Assembly: GCA_023334545.1 (NCBI GenBank)
Contig: JAADVB010000041.1
Coordinates: 1-64,000, forward strand
Origin: Salisapilia sapeloensis CBS 127946
Lineage: Eukaryota; Protista; Oomycota
Reading direction: 5' to 3'
DNA length: 64,000 bases
The position numbers were made by a program, and so were the translations under genes. Under the pieces are notes generated by a model, which saw only the letters and a program-made list of their open reading frames with translations, did no database searches and was not told where the DNA came from. Shown piece by piece: positions 55,367-64,000 of this stretch (position 1 is the stretch's first letter; each line of letters begins with the position of its first letter).

Positions 55367-58300
55367 ATGTCGTCCACTTCTGCTGCAAATGCACCTCCGG
55401 CTGATACGTCAGACATGAACGCAGCTCAGTTGCGAAAGCATTTATCCAAGTACGCTTTACCCAGCGCCAATGAGCTCCAGCACCTCCAGTCGGCGGACCC
55501 GACGGCGTCCCATCGATCTTCTTTCTTTCGCATGCAGACGGAAGAGCTTCTTTCGCGTATGCAAGTGAAGCCGAGCAGTCAGAACTCGGAAGGATTGCAA
55601 AAGGTGCTCTTTCAGGTTAAAGACATGTTGCTCGATACGCCGGAAAACAGCCAAGTCACGTCGGAACTACTTGAGCACATGGCACTACCCATTCGCAACT
55701 TTATCAAGCGCAAGGAGATTGTTCTGTCATTTTCAAAACCGTCTCGAGTGGATGTGATTGGTAGCTTTATTCTTGGCACCATGGCTCACTCGAACTCGAA
55801 GAAAAGCGAAGCGTATGGTGACTTTACCATCGACTTGGCTGTCGAAATGCCATCCGAGTGCTTTTTACCAAAAGACTTTAGCAACTATCGATACTTTGAC
55901 AAGCGGAATCTATACGTTGGCGTCCTCCTCTCTCGCCTACAACAGGACAAAAGCGGTCTTTTCAGCGACGTCCAGTTGGCCGACTTCCAAGGAGACACTG
56001 GAAAACCGATTCTATCCGTAAAAGTTGCTCCGAAAATGCTCAAGAGCCTTGGTATCAAGTACCACAGCCTCGTGCTTCATGTACACCCTGTGATCTCGCC
56101 TGAAGACACATTCAAACTAGCTAAACTCGCTCCATCTCGCAACAACATTCGCCACGAAGCAACCATGAGCGAAAGTGAGATGCAAGCATGCAACACGCCT
56201 CTGTACAACACATCCATTCTAGAGGACATGATGTTGAAACGACACTCAAGAGAGCTCCACACTGCGTGCAGCAGTGACAACTTTAAGCAAGCGTGCGTCC
56301 TCCTTCGCATTTGGCTACGTCAGCGACAGTTTCACAAAGCGATGGACAGTCTCAACGGCTTCCACCTGTCCATGCTACTACTGTACCTCTTCGAGCAAGG
56401 ACGAGTGAATCAGCATACACCTCCTGATCAGATGTTTAAAGTATTGATGCAGTTCCTTGTGTCTCACGACATCCAGTCCACTCCTCTCATGTTCTCTCCA
56501 GCTGATGACGGTGTCGCGTTAACAGAGCAAGGCATCAGCGTCTTCCAAGAAGCTTTCGATACAGTCCTTCTCGACTCATCCGGTCGACTCAACTTGCTTG
56601 CAAGAGTCACGATGAACGCGTATAAGGAAGTACAGCATGCTGCGAAGGAATCTCTCGACTTGCTTCATCGCGGATCAAGTGAAGACTTCCAGGCTCTCTT
56701 CATTCAAAAGAGACCATTCTGGACGCGATTTGATGAATATTTTTGGTTCCCATCTCCTGTGGCAGTAGATGAGTCGGATGAAACGACGTACACCAAGGAA
56801 GAGAAACGTCAGATCAATGATCTTGGTCTCGAACGCTTCTGGCGACGTAAACTCGAGAGCCTCGTCACTCGAGCACTGACGGATCGAGTGCATCTAGTCT
56901 CCTCGTACTCTCAGAAGGCTGTTACTTGGAAAGGAAGCATGCCTGAATCACGACCTGTTGCCATCGGAGTGGTTATCAACAAGACCAATGCGTCACGTAT
57001 CGTTGACAAAGGTCCATCTGCAGATGATAAACAGGCCAGTAGAGAGTTCCAGGTGTTCTGGAAAGGCAAGTCGGAGCTACGTCGCTTCAAAGACGGAGCT
57101 ATCGTCGAGGCTGTTGTGTGGGAAGAAGTCACCTCCGAAACGAGACATCGTCTGCTAGAGCTGATCGTTCGCTATATCACAGCTGCCCACTGTCCTCAGT
57201 TGACGTCATCATCGCACATTAAAGGCTCCAACGCTCCTCTCCACGCACTCGTGGACCATTCTCTTCGTCAGGGAAACCAGTCTGGAAACCTAGAGTCCAG
57301 CATGACATCCGTCAACCACCTCTGGGTCGTCTTTAATCGCATCGCGAAACAAATCCGATCTCTCGAGACGCTACCTCTGTCCGTATCAGACGTTCAACCG
57401 GTACATCCTTGCTTCCGCTACACGAGTGTTATTCCTCCGACGCCCCATCCACTCGCGTACTCTAAAGGCGAGAAAAAGACTTCATCCGGATTGACGCACG
57501 CTACAACTGTATTGGAGCCATTGCAAGTCTTTGTCAAATTCGAACGATCTTCCTCCTGGCCGAGTGAAGCGAAAGCTTTGGAGCATGCTAAAATGGGTTT
57601 CTACGTCCACATGGCGCATGAGCTCGAACGCTCTTGCCACCTTCGATGTGAAGCGACAAAAGAGAGTGTAGACGTCTTCAGTGGAGGCTTTGCCTTCCGT
57701 CTTTCCATCACGAGTGATAACGAAGTGTCGGTCGTAAGTGGTCAGAAGAAACTGGATGTGCTCCAGTCCACAGCCTTCGTACGTGCCAAGCAGCGAATGC
57801 AGTATCTACCGCAGCACGCCAACGGTGTCCAGGCGTTGCACACCAAAAGCGGATCGTATGGTCCGACGGTGCGTTTACTCCAGAAATGGATCGCCACGAA
57901 CCACTTGTCCAACAGCTTTTCGCAACAAGTGCTCGAGCTCCTTGTGGCTCATGTCTTCACGACGTCTTCCCCACACTCCGTTCCGTCATCCATGATGTCT
58001 GGATTTATGCGCACTCTCAAGCTTATCTCAAGTCACGACTGGCAAACGATGCCACTGATCGCATCTCTAGATGACCCTGCGAGTGAAGACAAGAGCCGGG
58101 AGATGACAAAACGGTTTGAAGCATCCGCAACCAAACCTTCCACCCACCCAGCCATGTTCATCGCTGCTACCTATGAAGACATGGAGTGTCTATCTAGCTG
58201 GACACGCTCGAGTCCGTCGAGAGTTGTTGTCCAGCGCCTGCAGTCACTGGCGAAGATGACGTATGAAAAAGGCGTGGCGTGGTTGAGTGGAGGTCTCCCA

Positions 58301-58753
58301 GCGCATGGGTGGCACAAAGCCTTCCACCTATCGGCTCCAGCAGACTTTGACGTTGTTATCGATCTGCAGACGAATAAACTACCGAGTAAGACGATGAAGA
58401 CAGAAAAGAAGCAGGCGTTTAGTACCACCGTATACAGCAACATGCGCTCTTCGGATGTAGAGCTACTGCCTGGATTCGATCCTGTCCATCGTCTTGTGCA
58501 GGACATTGAGAGTCGATTCGGTAGCCTCTTACTAGTGTTTGTGGACGTGTTAGAGAAGGACCAGATCATGCTGCTGTGGAAACCACCGGCTTTCGTGCCG
58601 AAGAAGAGGAGGCCGTTGGAAGCGAATGGGATGCTTCCGCTAGATAGAGACAACAAGTTCGAGTCTGTGCCGAATGTGTTTGAGATTCTGTCCGAGATCA
58701 AGGGTATGGGCGACGGAATGATCGAACGCGTACAGGTCGCACCATTCGAGTGA
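55367..58753 (+). CDS. NOL6: Nucleolar protein 6 / Utp22 (Nrap family), single exon
   Basis: DVIGSFILGT, IDLAVEMP..KDFSNYRYFDKRNLY, FWKGKSELRRFKDGAIVEAVVW, DVFSGGFAFRL. Confidence 0.95.
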   Translation: MSSTSAANAPPADTSDMNAAQLRKHLSKYALPSANELQHLQSADPTASHRSSFFRMQTEELLSRMQVKPSSQNSEGLQKVLFQVKDMLLDTPENSQVTSELLEHMALPIRNFIKRKEIVLSFSKPSRVDVIGSFILGTMAHSNSKKSEAYGDFTIDLAVEMPSECFLPKDFSNYRYFDKRNLYVGVLLSRLQQDKSGLFSDVQLADFQGDTGKPILSVKVAPKMLKSLGIKYHSLVLHVHPVISPEDTFKLAKLAPSRNNIRHEATMSESEMQACNTPLYNTSILEDMMLKRHSRELHTACSSDNFKQACVLLRIWLRQRQFHKAMDSLNGFHLSMLLLYLFEQGRVNQHTPPDQMFKVLMQFLVSHDIQSTPLMFSPADDGVALTEQGISVFQEAFDTVLLDSSGRLNLLARVTMNAYKEVQHAAKESLDLLHRGSSEDFQALFIQKRPFWTRFDEYFWFPSPVAVDESDETTYTKEEKRQINDLGLERFWRRKLESLVTRALTDRVHLVSSYSQKAVTWKGSMPESRPVAIGVVINKTNASRIVDKGPSADDKQASREFQVFWKGKSELRRFKDGAIVEAVVWEEVTSETRHRLLELIVRYITAAHCPQLTSSSHIKGSNAPLHALVDHSLRQGNQSGNLESSMTSVNHLWVVFNRIAKQIRSLETLPLSVSDVQPVHPCFRYTSVIPPTPHPLAYSKGEKKTSSGLTHATTVLEPLQVFVKFERSSSWPSEAKALEHAKMGFYVHMAHELERSCHLRCEATKESVDVFSGGFAFRLSITSDNEVSVVSGQKKLDVLQSTAFVRAKQRMQYLPQHANGVQALHTKSGSYGPTVRLLQKWIATNHLSNSFSQQVLELLVAHVFTTSSPHSVPSSMMSGFMRTLKLISSHDWQTMPLIASLDDPASEDKSREMTKRFEASATKPSTHPAMFIAATYEDMECLSSWTRSSPSRVVVQRLQSLAKMTYEKGVAWLSGGLPAHGWHKAFHLSAPADFDVVIDLQTNKLPSKTMKTEKKQAFSTTVYSNMRSSDVELLPGFDPVHRLVQDIESRFGSLLLVFVDVLEKDQIMLLWKPPAFVPKKRRPLEANGMLPLDRDNKFESVPNVFEILSEIKGMGDGMIERVQVAPFE

Positions 58754-58813
58754 AGTATGCAAACGAGCTTATAGGGTCCAATAAAGAATCGTTGATTATG
58801 CAAAAGCTTCATT

Positions 58814-59512
58814 TCACTGGTTATCCACTTGTTCCGACGAAGCAGTCTGGAGCTCATCGTAGAGGAGAATGAGTTCTGGAAAGAGCTCTTGGAAGACTTT
58901 ATCTTGACAGTTGAAACGAAGCGAATCTTTCGCGTAGGCCCTTTTCTACATTATACAAGTGAGTGTGGATGCGTATGGCAAGTATATCTTTGCAAACCTC
59001 TTCAAGTGTTGTGGAAATGCTGCCAACCGTCTTGTGGTCTTCCAGCTACGATAATGCAACTGAACAATAAATGGCACCTGAATAAATAGAATTCGAGTAC
59101 CATGAACGAGTACAGGCCGATGAGAATAGAAATGGGAGACCAAGCAGGACTCCAGGACTCGGGGTGGTGGTCCGAGTTTGTCATGCAAATGCGTTTATTC
59201 ACCTCGAAACGCCCATTCGGTGTTATCATCATAATGCTCGGTGGTTTCCACGGATAGTCTGTTGGAAACGTGAGCTTCCCGTGGTAATACCCGCCTTCAT
59301 ATGGCGATCCACTTGTGCCTATGGGTCGTATTGAGCTTTTAGTAACGCAATCTTATGTCCATCAGCTTGACGTCTTGTATCCTACCGATGAGGACGTAGT
59401 GCCATACCAAGATATTCTCTTCCAACGGAGCGACGCACAAGTTATTCACAGGAGCCTTGAGGAAGCTCATAAACTCTTTTCGAAGTCTCTTCTTCGCGAA
59501 AGCGTCCGCCAT
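58814..59512 (-). CDS. Ubc6/UBE2J2-like E2, copy C (174 aa, no tail anchor), 4 exons
   Basis: Exons 59512-59386, 59318-59101, 59045-58998, 58945-58814: MADAFAKKRLRKEF..WHYVLIGTSGSPYEGGYYHGKL..GRFEVNKRICMTNSDHHPESWSPAWS..ELFPEL..SEQVDNQ*. Confidence 0.9.
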
Positions 59513-59728
59513 GGGGGGGAAGCAGGAAATGGCTTCACTCCGAAGCGGCTATGCAGAGGTCGGCCAAACCGGATGGTACTGGCACCACATATTAGTGTGG
59601 TACACATTACTATCGAGAAGTGGCTACGTATTGGTTTCCAATGTCCAAGCCGAGGATTCCAATGGTTCAGCAAAATTCACGATATATTGCCAGGATCTTA
59701 GAAATAACGAATAAAATGGAATGTCGGT

Positions 59729-60388
59729 TTAGCTCACATCTTCCTCTATCTCGGTGGACTCGTTGCTTTCATCGTCGGATAGTGGCTTTTCAACCAGTTC
59801 TGGAAATAGTTCGAGAAACCTTGGATCGTTACGGTTATAAGCTTTCGACATTGTCGCCAGCTCTTGTTTCTAGGAAATAGACAAGAGGTTATGATTAAAA
59901 GATGTAGGTGTGCTTAGAAGTGGGTACCTTAGCGTTTGATGTTCGGATACCTCCAGTTGTAATCTCGTTTGTCAGCTACATGTCCATTTGCATTTATAAA
60001 GATCAGTAGGCTAAATATGCAAGCAATTGTCCAATATCCAAACCATAAATTCGTAGATGGCATCAAGTATGGCACCAATAGTCCAATGTGGATTCCATAG
60101 TTCCGGGTGGAACGACGTTAGCGTGAGGCATATACTTTGACCGACTTTGAATCTTCCACTCGGAGTAAGCATGGAAACACTAGGCGGAGCCAGCGGATAG
60201 TTGTTTGGGAACATTAATTGGCCATGGTACTCACCACCAGCATACACCGTCAAAGGCTTTCCAAGAATCACAAAATGCCATTGCAGTATGTTGTCCTCAT
60301 TCGGCTTGACAACGATGTTTGAAATTGGGTTTCTCGAAAGTGCAATGTATTCTCGCTTCAGCCTTTTCGTAGCGACTGTAGATGCCAT
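59729..60388 (-). CDS. Ubc6/UBE2J2-like E2, copy B (177 aa, acidic tail, no tail anchor), 3 exons
   Basis: Exons 60388-60044, 59975-59928, 59869-59729: MASTVATKRLKREY..GRFKVGQSICLTLTSFHPELWNPHW..ELFPELVEKPLSDDESNESTEIEEDVS*. Confidence 0.9.
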
Positions 60389-60716
60389 GTTCTTAGGTTG
60401 ACTGGAAGCAGAAAAGTGGCTGCAAATTGCGTTCGATTTTATTCGATTCACAGGCGTACTTGATCGAGCGTGTGATGCAGCATAAAATAGCTGGCTAAAT
60501 ATCGATAATGGGCAAAATACTAAGAAACTGTCAAAGTCATGCACATAGACGATATACTAATTTACGTCACTATACGTCATGGTCCTTTTGTGGTACACTT
60601 TTATCTTGCTTTTTGTAGCAGACATTAAGCTCAAGGAATTGTACACTAAGACCAACGTCTTTCGCGTCGAGCTCCTCGCTCCTCTCTCTTCTCTTCTTGC
60701 GTCCACATAATCAATC

Positions 60717-61496
60717 ATGGCATCTACAATGGCAACAAAGCGTCTACAGAAGGAGCTAATTGCTCTTCAAAAGAAACCGATTGAAAACATTCAAGCAGTG
60801 CCGCTCGAATCCAACATTTTGGAATGGCACTACGTGGTCAAGGGAACGGAAGGTCCTCTTTGCTAGCAGTTTCACTACATAAAAGCTCCATTTAACCAAT
60901 TATGATGCAGGTACGCCCTACGCTGGGGGATACTACCACGGGTACCTCCGGTTTCCACCCGAGTACCCGATGAAGCCACCGTCAGTACTCATGGTGACGC
61001 CAAACGGTCGATTCAAGACGAACCAACGTATATGCCTTAGCGCAAGCGACTTCCACCCTGAAACTTGGAATCCAATGTGGTCTGTCTCTTCGATCATCAT
61101 CGGCCTTTATTCTTTCATGGTACTTGAGCAATCCTTATAGCGCTACTTGGTCATAAACTTACCTTGAGCTAGTTAGACAATCAGCAGACGTTGGGCAGTA
61201 TGAACACGTCCGACGCGCAGAAACGAAAGTATGCTGAGGCATCTTTGGAGTGGAACGTGAATAACGACCCGAAATTCTGCAAACTTTTCCCAGACCTTGT
61301 ACAGCTATACGAGGAACGCGTGGAAGAGGAGAAATTACGAGATCCGGATGGCCTGCAGAAGTCCAACTCGACCGGATCGAACGGACTAGAGGTGCAATCT
61401 ACCATTGACAAACTCGTGCGAGGCGAGTATCCCAACGTCGTGACCGGATTCTTAGTAGTTGCTCTCGTCATTCTCATTTACATTTCTGAATTTTAA
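60717..61496 (+). CDS. UBE2J2: Ubc6/UBE2J2 ER tail-anchored E2, copy A (222 aa), 3 exons
   Basis: Exons 60717-60852, 60911-61119, 61173-61496: [34 protein letters not shown]-terminal [21 protein letters not shown]. Confidence 0.93.
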
Positions 61497-61528
61497 TTTG
61501 TGCACGGACTCGAAAATAAAGCGGAGTT

Positions 61529-64000
61529 TTATTCATTTTGCAAGAATCGAGGTTCAAATCCGAATGTCTTACTATCTTGCTGGTCCTGGAAAGGTATCAT
61601 ACGAGCAAGTCGGTGCGTGAGTTGACTTGCTAGCGATCGAGTTGCCATCGCTTTCTCCACAAAAGCATCTAATGCCGTTCGTTCGTTTGCGTCCTTTAAT
61701 TCATCTTTTACGTTCAGCTTACTGAGCCACGACAATCGCTTTGTAAGCTCACCACTCTTCGCTTCTGGTTGGTCGCTCGACTTTAAATGAAGTAGCTCGT
61801 TTAGCTGGATCATCTGGTCGTTCAGACTTGACAGCTCAAATGTTGATTTTTCGTTGAAGAGATGGACGAGTGTCAACCCAGCGACGTAGACACCGTCCCC
61901 GTAGTAGAGAGAGATCTTGCTGTCATTTGTAATTACAAATTCGAGCACTGCCCAGAGTTGTCCGAAGAGTATGGTATGGGAAGAGTTAAAGCTGGAGAGA
62001 GACGAGTTCTCAAGTACTGATTGAATCGTTGAGAGTGCCTCTGGTACCAAGTCGGAAGCGCATGTAGGAAGAAATGAGTCGTACAGGAGTATCTGACTTT
62101 CCTATTAACAACTTTATCAGACAAGTAAGATACATAAGAATAGTTTGAATCTACCATCAAATCGTGAAGGAGGAAGAGAAATGTGAGAGTGTTTCCAAGC
62201 TCACGCAATGTTTGAAGTACATGCGTACGAAGCTCGGTGGACTTAAACACATCCTGATAGGTCTCTTGCATCTTTAAAAAGTCTACCCATAGATAGTGAA
62301 TAAAGTTCCTGGCATATTAAATTATGTAGATTACCTTGGTACTGGCTCTTGATAGTAGGCACTTGAAACGCCTTAATGGAGAAAGCAATGGACGGTAAGC
62401 TTTGTGCTAGATCTTGCTGGATCTAGTAGTACGTGTAAATACATCATATCCATTTATTAGCTGATAAGAATTGATCTTACTTTTGTCGTAATGTAGCATG
62501 TACAGTCTTTTACGAGAGCTTCTATGTCCGACGGTGAAAGCAGCTCTAAGATACTTGCTATATGATCCAGCCTATTTGGGTATCAGTATTGAATACAAAA
62601 GTTATCGAATAGGTCTTCATTAAACACAGATACATGCCTGAAATCCCCACGACCACTCTTGTTAATATACTCGCCAACTTTCCGCCATTGGTTACGTAAG
62701 CATCCTTCGTTTATGCCTTCAATTCCTCTGTTCATTGCCATCCTTTTCCTCATTGTACTCATGCGACGGTGATTAATCGGAAACTTGCCGATTTGACCAG
62801 GAAGAGTGCGTAATAAATATCGCTTGTGCTTCCACTCGATAGCAAAGTTTGGAAACAAGTCCGTGAGGAGGCTTTGCACTACAATTGTTTTAATGTACGT
62901 TGTTTTATCATACCAAACGCTATCGTTTGGCGAAGTATCCTGAGATAGCTTATGATCGGCTAAAAACCGGTTGTACATTGTGTAAAACGAATCAAAATTT
63001 AGCATCGGTAGCCCTCTTTCGATCGCAGAAAGCGTTTGAGATATGACTTTACGCTGCTTTATAGCAGCAACAAAGTATGTTGAATCACTCGAAGCAGTCT
63101 TCTTTAGCCAAGCGGTCATATCCGTATGCAGTTTGTGCATAAAGTATTCGGCTACCTTGTCTGGGATGTACGACTTATCATGAAATGGACCAAATGTCAG
63201 CTTTGTAATCATCTTCTTTAGCCTTTCAAGCGATGGAGGTTGTACAGACATTGTATGTCCCTGTATATTCTTTTCTCGGTTGGATTGTTCAGATGCATTA
63301 AGAACACGGGTTAAAGATGATAAGAGGCTTCCGTTAGAGTCGAGACTCTTCTTTCCGCATTCGACTTTGTACCAGTAGTAAATGTCTTCCACAAGCTCAC
63401 TTAATGTATGACGCAGTGCGAAATCTGCTTCAGCTTGCACCTCATCCGCCAGGTATTTCACTTGAAACACTTCTAGTGATTGATGTAGCGCATCCAAATA
63501 GATACTGAAGACCGCAATAGGATCTTGAAAGTGGTTAGTCTTTCGATGGACGGATAGCAAATTCCATGGGATGGAATGAACAAGTGAATAGCGGGAGGTT
63601 CGGGACTTTGTACTTTGATCGAGAGATTCTCGAAACCAAAGCATAGAGCAATCGCCGAGAGATTGAACACACTGATCAAACTGTAGCAAGTGGCTAAATG
63701 AAGTTACTTCACGACCAAACGATAGCAGAGGCTCGAGATCCGCTCTATGCAATATTGAGCTTATGCAGTATACGCACTATAAGTTTATTTTACGTACGTT
63801 GTTAGTTGCTCGGTAGAGAAAGATTTAAAGAAAGAGTTTGACTTGGCAGGCGTTTGTCGTATGACTGCGTCAATGAGCATCTGAATCATTTCTAGTTGGC
63901 AAATAGAAGGGCTGGCAGACCGATCTAGGATTTCTGGAAACACACGCCTCTTTCTTGCTTTCGTAAAGTCATCTACGACAAAGTTTGGGTCCTTCCAATC
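61529..64000 (-). CDS. CYFIP: Divergent CYFIP/Sra1/PIR121-like protein (WAVE complex scaffold family), 5' end outside the window, multi-exon
   Basis: Segments match recalled CYFIP motifs: SPSIWQLEMIQMLIDAV, LGDCSMLWFRE, IPWNLL, YLADEVQAEA, QTLRELGNTL, GQLWAVLEFV, YGDGVYVAGLTLVHL. Confidence 0.78.

Noticed and set aside
1-64000. rRNA, tRNA, CRISPR arrays, prokaryotic operons or defence systems
   Set aside because: The sequence is intron-containing eukaryotic DNA; no such signatures or regularly spaced repeats were seen.

Overview
Eukaryotic genomic DNA, most likely from a zoospore-forming oomycete (inferred from 50-75 nt GT-AG introns, oomycete INR-like promoter motifs, oomycete-type ankyrin and DUF3638 families, and flagellar kinesins). 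I found no rRNA, tRNA, CRISPR array or transposase. A compact core carries ATP23, an M13 peptidase, kinesin-2, kinesin-9, eIF3m, PIG-U, an OMS1-like methyltransferase, roadblock LC7, MCMBP, a peroxisomal-type SDR, POLA1, NOL6 and a divergent CYFIP, mostly in head-to-head and tail-to-tail pairs. An accessory-looking block at 0.7-11 kb holds secreted/surface genes, and a decayed island at about 37-48.5 kb holds a ~9 kb DUF3638/DUF3645 pseudogene and an ankyrin remnant. The ORF track misses or fragments the most notable items: (1) a 14-exon secreted LRR gene with one repeat per exon and 13 phase-2 introns; (2) three Ubc6/UBE2J2 paralogues, two without the ER tail anchor and with altered active-site loops; (3) matching E2F-like palindromes upstream of MCMBP and POLA1. 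A single-exon CaMKK/SnAK-type kinase fused to an intact PP2C is also notable. All gene models were spliced by eye; no database search was run.
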